Shown here one piece after another: positions 11,131-20,622 of a stretch of DNA of 64,000 nucleotides. Within the stretch, counting starts at the first letter, position 1. Each line of letters opens with the position of its first letter. Source of the DNA: an uncultured delta proteobacterium. Lineage in GTDB: Bacteria > Myxococcota_A > Polyangia > Polyangiales > Polyangiaceae. The notes below the pieces were generated by a model. That model was not told the DNA's origin and did not search any database. It was given only the letters and a program-made list of their open reading frames with translations. Made by a program: the position numbers and the translations under genes. The stretch is from NCBI GenBank assembly GCA_963782055.1, contig CAWAIF010000003.1, forward strand, positions 832,001 through 896,000, read 5' to 3'.

Positions 11131-11727
11131 TCACGCCAGGATCTCTTCGGTATCTCTCTTCATCGCCCCCGGCGCGGGCGCCACCACGTACGACAGGGAG
11201 AGCAGCTCGATCAGCATCGACCGGTACACCAGGGCGACGTCGTCCACGTCCACGTCGTCCTTCGACTCGCCGGTCCGCGCGTCCAGCGCCGCCTCGACGT
11301 GCTCGTTCAGGAAGGCCACCAGCGCCGGCTGCTCCTGCGCCACCACGTCCTCGACCTCCACCGGCTCGTGGGCTCGCGCGGCGCGCAGCTCCTCCTCCAG
11401 ACCGAGCGCCTCCTCGATGGCGCGCAGCAGCACCTCGTCCACCGGCGCGATGCGCCCGGCGAACTGCCGCTCGAACGCCAGCCAGACGGCGATGCCGAGG
11501 AAGTAGCCGAGGGCTAGGGCGGTGTCGTCCAGCGGGCGGGAGAGCACCGCGTTCAGCTTGGTGGCGAGCGCGGGCTGGGAAGTCTCGAACCGGGCGAACG
11601 CCGCGTCCAGATCGTCCTCGGCTTCGTCCGCCTCCGACGAGAGCTCCTCCTCGACCTTCTCGAGGGTCCGCTTGTCGATGACCGAATGGACCGGTATCGG
11701 ACGGATGGCGGCTCCGCGCGTCCACAC
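11131..11727 (-). CDS. hypothetical acidic helical protein
   Basis: 198-aa ORF with protein-like composition; TAGACT box 7 nt before the GTG start. Confidence 0.7.
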   Translation of the reverse strand: MWTRGAAIRPIPVHSVIDKRTLEKVEEELSSEADEAEDDLDAAFARFETSQPALATKLNAVLSRPLDDTALALGYFLGIAVWLAFERQFAGRIAPVDEVLLRAIEEALGLEEELRAARAHEPVEVEDVVAQEQPALVAFLNEHVEAALDARTGESKDDVDVDDVALVYRSMLIELLSLSYVVAPAPGAMKRDTEEILA

Positions 11728-11775
11728 GCCATGGAGTCTACGGCAACTCCTCGCGGATGGCGACGGCCACGCGCG

Positions 11776-12393
11776 TCACTTGCTCTTGCTGCCGGTGAGC
11801 CACGCGAAGGCGATGCCCACCGTCGCCGGCAGCCGGATCTGCACGCCGAGCATGAGCTGGAAGACGTTGTCGACGGCGAACTGCCCGTAGCCGCCCTCGA
11901 CGAAGCCGCCGATGCCCGCCTCGCCGAACGCCACGCCGAACGCGCCGCCGTCATGGTCGAGGCCGCCGTACGACCCGGAGGCGAACTGCGCGTACTCCAG
12001 CGCGACGCGCAGCGCCATGCCGCGGCCGAGGTCGGGGCTCTGCGGGTCGTACAGGAGGCGGAGCTGGGCGCCGCCGTCGATGCGGATGATGCCGCGCTTC
12101 GTGTACCGCCGGTAGAAGGCGAGGGTCCCCTCCAGGTAGGCGCCGTGGATCTCGCGCACGTCGCCGCCCTCGAAGAGGTAGCCCAGGCCAAGGTCGACGC
12201 GGCGCCCGAGGAAGCCGGGGTCGAAGGCGAGGGGGAAGAAGCCCACGTGCACCGCGCCCGGCACGTCGATGCCCTGCGTGGAGGTGTCGCGCACGCCCGT
12301 CGCCAGGTCGACGCGCGTGGGAGGAACGCCGTACGGCATCGCGATGCACCCGGCGCAGCCCAGCGCCAGGACGCATGGCCACGCCCGGCTCAT
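11776..12393 (-). CDS. hypothetical lipoprotein, possible beta-barrel
   Basis: C-terminal 205 aa of ORF 11776..13563. MSRAWPCVLALGCAGC lipobox and alternating beta-strand pattern; ATGA overlap with the upstream gene. Confidence 0.65.
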   Translation of the reverse strand: MSRAWPCVLALGCAGCIAMPYGVPPTRVDLATGVRDTSTQGIDVPGAVHVGFFPLAFDPGFLGRRVDLGLGYLFEGGDVREIHGAYLEGTLAFYRRYTKRGIIRIDGGAQLRLLYDPQSPDLGRGMALRVALEYAQFASGSYGGLDHDGGAFGVAFGEAGIGGFVEGGYGQFAVDNVFQLMLGVQIRLPATVGIAFAWLTGSKSK

Positions 12394-12944
12394 CGACGCG
12401 ACCGCTGCGCCGGACGGAGCAGGCGCACGCACCAGGCGACGGCGAGCGCGGAGACGGCGAGCGCGACGAGCACGGCGCGGCCGAGGGAGGCCTGCACGAT
12501 GGGCTGCGTCCCGAAGTCCCCCTGGAACTGCGCGTAGGTGGCGCTGGTGGAGAGCCGCCGCTGCAAGATGGCCGCGATCAGCGCCGCCAGCGCGGCGGGC
12601 ACCCCGACGGCCGCCAGCATGCCGCCGGAGCGTCCGCCGCGGGCGAGCGGCGCGCCCAGCGCGAAGCCCGCCGGGACCGCCGCGGCGCAGGCGAGCACCA
12701 GGGCGAGGTCGACGGCCGAAGGCACCCGCCGCCAGGGCACGAAGTAGAGGTAGACCCAGTCGCCGTGGAAGGTGGTGAAGTAGCCGATGGCGGGGGCGTA
12801 GACGAGCGCGGCGTACGCCACCGCGATGCGGAAGGGGCGGGAGGTGACCACCGACCCGTCGTGGTGTGCGACCTCGGCCCGGGCGATCCACGCGAACGCG
12901 GCCCCCAGCGAGAGGGCGACCAGGACGGCGATCGGCAGCGGCAC
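12390..12944 (-). CDS. hypothetical multi-pass membrane protein
   Basis: From GTG (VPLPIAVLVALSLG): about five hydrophobic segments and a DWVYLYFV motif. Confidence 0.7.
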   Translation of the reverse strand: MPLPIAVLVALSLGAAFAWIARAEVAHHDGSVVTSRPFRIAVAYAALVYAPAIGYFTTFHGDWVYLYFVPWRRVPSAVDLALVLACAAAVPAGFALGAPLARGGRSGGMLAAVGVPAALAALIAAILQRRLSTSATYAQFQGDFGTQPIVQASLGRAVLVALAVSALAVAWCVRLLRPAQRSRR

Positions 12945-13065
12945 GCTCCGATCGGTACCACACCGCCCGGGGCCCCGAAATCTCGGCCCGCCGCGCGATG
13001 GTTGGCAGGCGAACGATCGGCCGCGGGAGGGACCCGAGGCAGAAACGGCCCGCCGGTCCGTATGG

Positions 13066-13551
13066 ATGAGCATGCGTCCCCTCATCCTCCTCCCACTCGC
13101 CTGGGGCCTCGCCGCCTGCGGGGGGGCGCCGCCCCCTCCCGTCCAGTCGGCCGTCGTCGTGCCGCCCCCTGACACGTCGTCGGCACCCGCCCCCTCGAGC
13201 GCGCCGGCGCCCCCTCCTCCTGCCCCCACCGCCGCGGCAGGGCTGGCGCCTCAGGGCGGGCCGCGGCCGACCCGCCTCCCCGGCAGCCCGATCCACTTCG
13301 GAGGGGGCGACGGCGCCTCGCAGGCGGCGGCCATCGTCGTCCTCGGCGCCAAGGGGGAGACGGACGGGGTGGCTGCAGAATACAACTATCTGGAGCTGGT
13401 CTACGGGCAGCGCAACGTCGACTGGAAGGTCACCCAGCAGTCGCTGCTCTCCGACGCCGACCGCTCCTTCGACGCGCTGACGGTCGTCTTCCCTGGCGGC
13501 GCCACCAAGCTGGTCTACTTCGACATCACCGACTACTTCGGCAAGATGTGA
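13066..13551 (+). CDS. hypothetical lipoprotein with Pro-rich linker and small C-terminal domain
   Basis: Lipobox LAAC, Pro/Ala linker, globular end GGDGASQAAAIVV..EYNYL..VYFDITDYFGK. Confidence 0.7.
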   Translation: MSMRPLILLPLAWGLAACGGAPPPPVQSAVVVPPPDTSSAPAPSSAPAPPPPAPTAAAGLAPQGGPRPTRLPGSPIHFGGGDGASQAAAIVVLGAKGETDGVAAEYNYLELVYGQRNVDWKVTQQSLLSDADRSFDALTVVFPGGATKLVYFDITDYFGKM

Positions 13552-13624
13552 CCGCGCGCCCACGCGCCGGCGGGGCGTGGCCCCAGCCGCCGCGGCCGTC
13601 GCGCCGTGCTACGTTCCGCGGGCC

Positions 13625-14386
13625 ATGGACCGCCACCGACTGCAGGAACTGCTCGAGCGTGTCTCCCGGGGGGAGGAGAGCGTGGACACGGCGCTGGGCG
13701 TGCTCAAGAACCTGCCCTTCTCCGACATCGGCTACGCGGTGGTGGATCACCACCGCGCGCTGCGCCAGGGCGTGGCGGAGGTGATCCTCGGCCAGGGCAA
13801 GACGGCGGAGCAGATCGTGGGGGTGGCGCGCGAGCTGGCGCGCGCCGGCAGCAACGTGCTGGTCACCCGCGTGGCGCCCGACCTCGCCGCCACCGTGCGC
13901 GTGTCGCTGCCCGACATGCGCTACGGCGAGCTGGCACGCACCCTGACGCTGGAGCAGGCGGCCATCCCCGCCCTCTGCGAGCAGGCCGTCGCGCTGGTCA
14001 GCGCCGGCACGAGCGATCTGCCCGTCGCCGAGGAGTGCGCGGAGACGCTGCGCGTCCTTGGCGTCCCGTGCGAGCGCGTCTTCGACGTGGGCGTCTCCGG
14101 CATCCACCGCATCCTGCACCGCCGCGAGGTGCTCGAGCGCGCGCCGCTGGCCATCGTCGTCGCCGGCATGGAGGGCGCGCTCGCGAGCGTGGTCGGCGGC
14201 CTGGTCGACATCCCCGTCATCGCGGTGCCGACGTCGGTCGGGTACGGCGCGGCGTTCGGCGGCGTGGCCGCCCTGCTCGGGATGCTGACGAGCTGCGCGT
14301 CCGGAGTGACGGTGGTGAACATCGACAACGGGTTCGGCGCGGCGTTCGCGGCGGCGAGGATCCTTCGCGGCCGGAAGAGGGCGTGA
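13625..14386 (+). CDS. larB: nickel pincer cofactor biosynthesis protein LarB (PurE-like)
   Basis: VDHHRALRQGVAEVILGQGKT, SAGTSDLPVAEE, DVGVSGIHR, VAGMEGALASVVGGL, PTSVGYG, LTSCASGVTVVNIDNGFGAA. Confidence 0.95.
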   Translation: MDRHRLQELLERVSRGEESVDTALGVLKNLPFSDIGYAVVDHHRALRQGVAEVILGQGKTAEQIVGVARELARAGSNVLVTRVAPDLAATVRVSLPDMRYGELARTLTLEQAAIPALCEQAVALVSAGTSDLPVAEECAETLRVLGVPCERVFDVGVSGIHRILHRREVLERAPLAIVVAGMEGALASVVGGLVDIPVIAVPTSVGYGAAFGGVAALLGMLTSCASGVTVVNIDNGFGAAFAAARILRGRKRA

Positions 14387-15669
14387 TGGGGCACGAGGGC
14401 CACGGGCACGAGCACGACCACGGGCACGAGCACGACCACGGGCACGGACACGAGCACGAGCACGACCACGGACAAGAGAAGCTGGGGAACCGGGCGGGGA
14501 GGGGGAAGGTGCTGTTCCTCGATGCGCCCAGCGGGATCGCGGGGGACATGACCATCGCCGCCCTCATCGACCTCGGGGTGCCGGTGACTGTGCTCGAGGA
14601 GGCCCTGGAGGCCGTCCCGCTCACGGGCTACCACGTGCACTTCTCCCACCGGGAGCGGAGCGGCATCGTGGCCACCACCTTCGACGTGCACCTGGACTCG
14701 CCGCAGCCGGAGCGGACGTACGGCGGCATCCGCGAGATGCTGGAGAAGACGGAGCTGCCCGAGGCGGTGAAGGCACGCGCCCTCGGCACCTTCCGGCGGC
14801 TCGCCGAGTCGGAGGCGCACGTGCACCGCATGCCCATCGACGACGTGCACTTCCACGAGGTGGGCGCGATCGACGCCATCGTGGACGTGGTGGGGAGCGC
14901 GGCGCTCCTCGCGTACCTGGACGCGGAGGTGCGCGTCTCCCCGCTGCCGATGGGCCGCGGCTTCGTCAAGGCGCGGCACGGCACCCTCCCGCTCCCGCCG
15001 CCCGCCGTGGTGGACTGCCTCCGCGGCTTCTCCACCTACGACGGCGGGCTGGACTTCGAGTTCGTGACGCCGACGGGCGCCGCCATCGTCGCCGCCAACG
15101 CCGCGCGCTCCGAGCGCTGGCCCGACATGACGCCGGAGGCGACAGGCTGGGGCGCGGGCGCGGCCGAGCTCGCCGATCGCCCCAACCTTCTGCGTGCGGT
15201 GCTGGGCGAGCCGACCCTCCGCGCGGGGGAGGCCCACACGCACGTGGTGCTGGAGGCCAACCTGGACGATGCCACCGGCGAGCTCGTCGGCGCCGCCATC
15301 GAGTCGGTGCTCGCCGCCGGCGCGCTGGACGTGTGGGCTGCCCCGGTGACGATGAAGAAGGGGAGACCAGGCGTCACGCTCGGCGCCCTCGCCCCGGCGG
15401 CGCGCGCCGACGCCGTCACGTTCGCCCTGCTGCGCGACACCACCACCCTCGGCGTGCGCCGGCACGGCGTCTCGCGCACCGAGCGACCCCGCCACGTGGT
15501 CGAGGTGGAGACCGCCTTCGGACCCATCCCCGTCAAGGTGGGTGAGGGCCCGTACGGTCCGCCTCAGGTCAAGCCCGAGTTCGACGCCTGCCTCGCCGCC
15601 GCGCGTACGCATGGGGTGACGGTGCGGGAGGTGCTCCAGGCCGCGCTGGTGGCGTTCGCCGCACGGTGA
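14386..15669 (+). CDS. larC: nickel pincer cofactor biosynthesis protein LarC (nickel insertase)
   Basis: Start overlaps the larB stop (TGATG). LFLDAPSGIAGDMTIAALIDLG, VHFHEVGAIDAIVDVVG, VTPTGAA, PNLLR, LEANLDD..GE, MKKGRPG, TTTLGVR, KPEFD; His-rich N-terminus. Confidence 0.95.
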   Translation: MGHEGHGHEHDHGHEHDHGHGHEHEHDHGQEKLGNRAGRGKVLFLDAPSGIAGDMTIAALIDLGVPVTVLEEALEAVPLTGYHVHFSHRERSGIVATTFDVHLDSPQPERTYGGIREMLEKTELPEAVKARALGTFRRLAESEAHVHRMPIDDVHFHEVGAIDAIVDVVGSAALLAYLDAEVRVSPLPMGRGFVKARHGTLPLPPPAVVDCLRGFSTYDGGLDFEFVTPTGAAIVAANAARSERWPDMTPEATGWGAGAAELADRPNLLRAVLGEPTLRAGEAHTHVVLEANLDDATGELVGAAIESVLAAGALDVWAAPVTMKKGRPGVTLGALAPAARADAVTFALLRDTTTLGVRRHGVSRTERPRHVVEVETAFGPIPVKVGEGPYGPPQVKPEFDACLAAARTHGVTVREVLQAALVAFAAR

Positions 15670-15738
15670 TCCAGGCGTGGTGATATGCTGCGGCCGCGCG
15701 TCACGACGGCGCGCCGAGAACCATTCAGGGTTGGACAC

Positions 15739-16857
15739 ATGAACTGCCCGCAGTGCAACACGCCGGCAAAGGCCACCGACAAGTTCTGCAACTCGTGTGG
15801 ATTCCTGCTGCAGCAGGCCGCGCCCGCGGCGGCGCCTGCCGCAGGCGGTCCGCCCCCCGCGTTCGGCGGTCCGCCGCAGGGCGGCGCGCCGCCCGCGCAG
15901 CAGCAGGGTTTCGGCGCCCCGCCGGGCTTCGGCGGCCCCCCCGCGCCGCCTCCGTACGAACCGCCGCCTGCGTTCGGCGGGGCTCCTCCGCAGCAGCAAG
16001 GCTTCGGTGGTCCCCCTCCGCAGCAGCAAGGCTTCGGTGGCCCTCCGCAGCAGCAAGGCTTCGGCGGTCCCCCTCCGCAGCAGCAAGGCTTCGGCGGCCC
16101 CCCTCCGCAGCAGCAAGGCTTCGGCGGCCCCCCTCCGCAGCAGCAAGGCTTCGGTGGTCCCCCTCCGCAGCAGCAAGGCTTCGGTGGTCCCCCTCCGCAG
16201 CAGCAAGGCTTCGGTGGTCCCCCTCCGCAGCAGTACGCGCCGCCGCCGCAGCAGCAGTACGGGGCTCCTCCTCCGCAGCAGCCCGCGTACGGCAACGCGC
16301 CGGCCGCCCAGTGCGCGCAGGGCCACGAGATCCCGCCCGGCGCGAGCTACTGCGCGATGGGCCATCCCCTCGCCGTCCAGGGCATGGACCAGTACGCCGG
16401 CGGCCAGGCGCCGCCCGCCTTCGGCGGCGCCCCGCAGGGCTTCGCCCCGCCGCCCGCCGGCCAGCCGCAGAGCTTCGGCAGCGCGCCCACCGCGCCGCCG
16501 GAGCAGTCCGCGCCGCAGCTCACCTCCACCTCGCTCCGCGGGTTCCTCGTCACCTTCCAGAGCAACGGGGCGGGTGACTTCTGGCCTCTCAAGGGCGGCC
16601 GGGTCGTCGTCGGCCGGGCGCAGTCGGGCGATGGTCTGGACATCCCGCTCGCCGACGCCACCATCTCCTCCCGCCACGCCGCCTTCGTGGTCGATGGTCT
16701 CGCCGGCACCATCCTCATCGAGGACACCGGCTCCACCAACGGGACCTACGTCAACGAGGAGCACATCGGGATGAACGGCCGCCGCAATCTGCGGGACGGC
16801 GACAAGGTCCGCTTTGGCGGGTACACGACCATCGTCAAGATCATCGGTAACGTGTGA
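15739..16857 (+). CDS. zinc-ribbon + Gly/Pro/Gln low-complexity + FHA domain protein
   Basis: CPQC..FCNSCG at the N-terminus; second Cys/His cluster CAQGH..YCAMGH; FHA motifs VVGR, ISSRHA, DTGSTNGTYVN, LRDGDKVRFG. Confidence 0.9.
   Translation: MNCPQCNTPAKATDKFCNSCGFLLQQAAPAAAPAAGGPPPAFGGPPQGGAPPAQQQGFGAPPGFGGPPAPPPYEPPPAFGGAPPQQQGFGGPPPQQQGFGGPPQQQGFGGPPPQQQGFGGPPPQQQGFGGPPPQQQGFGGPPPQQQGFGGPPPQQQGFGGPPPQQYAPPPQQQYGAPPPQQPAYGNAPAAQCAQGHEIPPGASYCAMGHPLAVQGMDQYAGGQAPPAFGGAPQGFAPPPAGQPQSFGSAPTAPPEQSAPQLTSTSLRGFLVTFQSNGAGDFWPLKGGRVVVGRAQSGDGLDIPLADATISSRHAAFVVDGLAGTILIEDTGSTNGTYVNEEHIGMNGRRNLRDGDKVRFGGYTTIVKIIGNV
15991..16227 (+). repeat. coding tandem repeat, 8 copies of a 30-bp unit (one copy 27 bp) encoding QQQGFGGPPP
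   Basis: Unit cagcagcaaggcttcggYggYccccctccg repeated head to tail with no spacers, in frame in the FHA gene. Confidence 0.95.
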
Positions 16858-16858
16858 G

Positions 16859-18789
16859 ATGGAGAGAAGAGAGCCGCAGCACCCCAGGTTCAACCCGTTC
16901 GTGAGGTGGGCGGTCGCCGTCGCGATGGCGGCCGTCGCACTCGCCCTGCCACGCGCTGCCCTCGCCGTCCCGGAGGCCCACATCCTCCGGATCGACCCGC
17001 GCGCCGGCATGACCGGGGGCGCCCCGCTGCTGACCACCGTCGTGGAGGTGGTGCAGTTCAACTCCCCGTCGGAGGCGCTCGCCCCCTGCAACAACCTGAA
17101 GGGCAACGCTGCGCTCGATTGCTGGTCGAGCACCGTGGAGAAGGACGGCGTGCTGTGGAGCCCCTTCCCCTTCCCGGAGGCGAACGCGCTCTTCACCGCC
17201 AGCGTGGCCGGCGCCGATGTCCCCGCGAAGCTGGAGGGTCACGCCGAGAAGTGGGGTGACGCGGTCAAGGCGGGCGAGCCCAACGTCGGCACCGCGTGGG
17301 TCGTGTCGCTCGACGCCTCCAACGGCATGGGCGCCCGCTTCGCCGACGCCAAGCAGGTCGCCTACTCCTTCATCCAGGCGATGCAGCCCAACGACCTGAT
17401 GGAGCTGGTCGTCTTCGACTCGCGCGATCACCAGTACCTCGCCGACTCGAAGTGGAAGACCTACAAGGAGCGCAACGATCTGGTGAAGGTCCTCGACGGC
17501 GCGGCCGTCAGCCACGACGGCGGCGACCGCTCCCTCTTCTCCATCATCAAGGGCGTCATCGGCGACGCGTTCGGCAACCTGGGCAACTACTCCGCGCCGC
17601 AGAGCATCCCGCTGCACCAGGCGCTCGTCGTGCTCTCCAACGGCACGAGCAAGGCGGACGCGAGCACCACCGGCCCCGTGGCCGAGGCCTTCAGCGACTA
17701 CCTCAACAAGGGCCGCTTCCCGGACGACAACACCGCGCAGGTGAAGACGCCGCTGCCGGTCATCTCCATCTGGTTCCCCAACGCGTCGAGCTACGTCGGC
17801 AACCTCTATCGCAACAACGAAAACCAGTTCATGCAGCAGCTCGCCAACGTGAAGATTGGCGGGTTCTTCTCGGTGGTGCGGCAGGGGCAGGGCCAGCAGC
17901 ACGGCCCCACCATCGTCAAGGCGGTGAAGAAGCGCTTCGACGCCATGTACCTGGTGAAGTGGCGCCTCGCCTGCCTCAACCCCTCGGTGGAGCAGAGCTT
18001 CGCGCTCAACTTCAAGAACACCAAGCCGCAGATCGTCGGCGACTCCAGCTTCAAGGACGTGCCCATCGGCATCGACCCCACGCAGTGGCCGCTGGACATC
18101 GACGAGCAGCGCACCAAGGCGGATGCCGAGGCGAACCCGCTCTACCCGGGCGGCACCTTCAAGGTCTACGGCGACTTCTGCTGGGGCGGCGACAAGAACC
18201 GCGCGGAGGCCTACTTCGTGCCCGCCGGCACCAAGCCGGACCCCAACGCCTCCAGCCCCGACCCCGCCACCGCCAAGAAGGCGATGCAGTCGCTCATCCA
18301 GCAGAACATGCGGGGCGGCGCCATCGAGGCGGGCGACACCTTCGTCACCTTCAAGGTCCCCGACGAGGACAAGATCCTCGACGGCACCGGCGACGCGACC
18401 GTCGCGCACGTCATCGTCTACGACAACGGGGCCAAGCGCGCGAGCGGCCACGACGAGAAGTCCATCCTCACGCTGAAGGCGACCAAGAAGCCCATCCCCT
18501 GGCTGCTCTTCGCCGGCATCGGCGGCGGCGTCGTGGTGCTCGGCCTGCTCATCGTCGTCATCATGCGGGGTGGCGGCGGCGGTGGTGGCGGCGGTCGCCG
18601 GCGCGGCGCGGCTCCTCCCCCCAGCCGATCGTGGCCGGCGGCGTGCCGCCCTACGGGGGCGGTGGCGGCTACGGTCCCCCGGGCGGCGGCGGCTACGGGG
18701 GCGGTGCGCCGCCCTACGGCGGCGGTCCCCCGGGTGGCGGCTACGGTCCACCTCCCGGAGGAGGAGGCTACGCGCCAAACCCTCCGTAG
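16859..18789 (+). CDS. secreted vWA-like domain membrane protein with Gly/Tyr/Pro cytoplasmic tail (frameshift near 18615-18622)
   Basis: Signal peptide, degenerate vWA (VVSLDASNGM, LVVFD, LVVLSNG) and TM helix near 18500-18565. After the C-run at about 18615-18622 the protein-like sequence (PQPIVAGGVPPYGGGGGYGPP..) continues in the frame that ends at TAG 18789. Confidence 0.7.
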
Positions 18790-18914
18790 GCGCCCCGTCT
18801 CCACTGGAGGCTCGCGCGGCATCGGCGGAGAGCCCGGGGATCGGCGGCGCCGTCGCGGCGAGTCTTCCTGTGCCGGCCGCGGTCGCCCGCGCTCCGCAGC
18901 CGTCCTCCCCGGCG

Positions 18915-19385
18915 ATGGTGGAGGTGCGCTGTCCGGCGTGCGGCGCGCCCACGATGGTCACGCCCGGGCAGTCTTCCTTCTGCTTCTCGTGCGGACAGCC
19001 GGTCCCCCCCCAGCTCGCCTCCGCCGGACAGTATCCGCTCACCGGCGCCATGCCCGCTCCCACTCCGCCCCCCAACCCGTACGCCTCCGCCGGTAGCGCC
19101 GTGCTCGCCGGCGCCTCGGGCACGTACACCGTCCGATCCGGAGGGGACGTGCTGGTGGGGCGCGACCCCGCGCAGTGCGCGATTCACCTGACCGAGCCGC
19201 GCGTCAGCGCCGTGCACGCCCGGCTCAAGCTCGAAGGAGGCCAGCTCATGGTGCGTGACGAGGCCTCCAACAACGGCGTGTGCGTCGCCGGCCAGCGCAT
19301 CCCCCCCGGCGCGTGGACCCCGGTGCCGAGCGGCACCGCGCTGCGCTTCGGTCCGGTGGAGTTCGCGGTGAGGCTCGAGCCGTGA
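18915..19385 (+). CDS. zinc-ribbon + FHA domain protein (separate gene or frameshifted C-terminus of the preceding gene)
   Basis: MVEVRCPACG..FCFSCG, then FHA motifs LVGRDP, VSAVHA, DEASNNG, LRFG; stop overlaps the PP2C start. Start codon uncertain. Confidence 0.7.
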   Translation: MVEVRCPACGAPTMVTPGQSSFCFSCGQPVPPQLASAGQYPLTGAMPAPTPPPNPYASAGSAVLAGASGTYTVRSGGDVLVGRDPAQCAIHLTEPRVSAVHARLKLEGGQLMVRDEASNNGVCVAGQRIPPGAWTPVPSGTALRFGPVEFAVRLEP

Positions 19386-20600
19386 TGCCCGGACCCTCGC
19401 CGGGCGTCGAGGTCGCGCTCCGGACCGATCCGGGACGCGACCCGGACAAGCAGGTCAACGAGGACGCGTGCGGCGATCGCGCCACGCCGTTCGGGCACCT
19501 CGTCGTCGTGTGCGACGGCATGGGCGGACACGAGGGCGGCCGCGAGGCGTCGAGCGCCGCGCTGGAGTCCATCCTGCGCACCTTCGAGATCGCCACGCCG
19601 GGCACCGACCCGCGCGAGGTGCTTCGCCTCGCCGTCGCGCGCGCCAACGACGTGGTCTTCGAGCTGGGCATCGGCAAGGAGGCGGGCGCGCGCCCGGGCT
19701 CCACCGTCGTCGCCATCCTGGTCCACGACGGCGGTACCGAGGTGGCTCACGTCGGCGACAGCCGCTGCTACCGCGTCCACCAGGGGCAGATCGCGCAGAT
19801 CACCAAGGACCACTCGGTGGTGCAGAAGCTGGTCGACGCCGGCGCGCTCACCCCCGCGCAAGCCGCGCACCACCCCGACGCCAACCGCATCACGCGCGCG
19901 CTCGGCAGCAAGCTCGGCGTGGAGGTGGAGCTCGCCGGCGCGCCGCTTGGCCACGTGGCGGGCGACACCTTCGTGCTCTGCTCCGACGGCCTGAGCGATC
20001 TGGTGGAGCCGGAGGACATCCTTCGCATCGTGACCTCCGCGCCGCCGGAGCAGGCCGCCGGGCAGCTCGTCGATCTGGCCAACGCGCGCGGCGGACACGA
20101 CAACATCACCGTCGCGGTGTGCCGCCCGCGCGAGACGGCGAAGGCGTCGACGTCGCTCGCCGCGGGGGCCACCGCGAGCAGCCCGCGCGTGGCGCCCACC
20201 ATCCCGGCCACCATCGCCGAGTCCGGGCCCGCCCTGCCCGCGCCGCCGCCCACCGGCGAGCCGCGGGAGGATTCTGCCGAGCGCCCCGCCGCAGCGTTCC
20301 CGCAAGCCGCCGCTCGGCGTGCTCATCGGCGTGGGTCTGGTGCTGGCCGGCGCCGCGGCCGGCGGATACGCCGTCTGGCTGCACGAGGAGGGGGAGGAGC
20401 ACCGCCACCACCACGACGTCCCCGCGGCGTTCAAGACCGACCTCGCGCCGGCGACGACGACGCAGGCGGCGTCGGCCGTCCCGCCCCCGCCGCCTCCGCC
20501 GGTCGTCGACGTCGACGCGGAGCCGCTGCTCCCACTGGCCGAGCCCGATGCCGGCCATCCGAGACACCACCACCACCGTCCGGGGTCCGAGCCGGAGTGA
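19385..20600 (+). CDS. PP2C-family Ser/Thr phosphatase with C-terminal TM helix (frameshift near 20270-20310)
   Basis: NEDA, VCDGMGGHEGG, GST, AHVGDSRCY, TKDHS, ITRALG, LCSDGL, GGHDNIT. The TM segment VLIGVGLVLAGAAAGGYAVWL lies in the alternative frame ending at 20600. Confidence 0.85.
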
Positions 20601-20622
20601 CTTGTTGTACCCTCGGGGCGCC

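Noticed and set aside
15991..16227. 30-bp repeats as a CRISPR array
   Set aside because: Units are head to tail with no unique spacers, have lengths in multiples of three and lie in frame within a CDS.
13921..17196. Long antisense or alternate-frame ORFs (for example 13921..17196-, 31987..34980-, 32112..35237+, 3581..6103-, 52882..54978+)
   Set aside because: Arg/Ala/Gly/Pro-rich shadow frames expected in high-GC DNA, overlapping genes with clear family motifs.
19468..20622. 5' extensions of ORF-track calls (19468..23826, 1307..3199, 4966..7317, 13606..15669, 54719..56251) as fusion proteins
   Set aside because: The extensions overlap other real genes or intergenic DNA; internal starts with signal peptides, RBS or stop-start coupling fit better.
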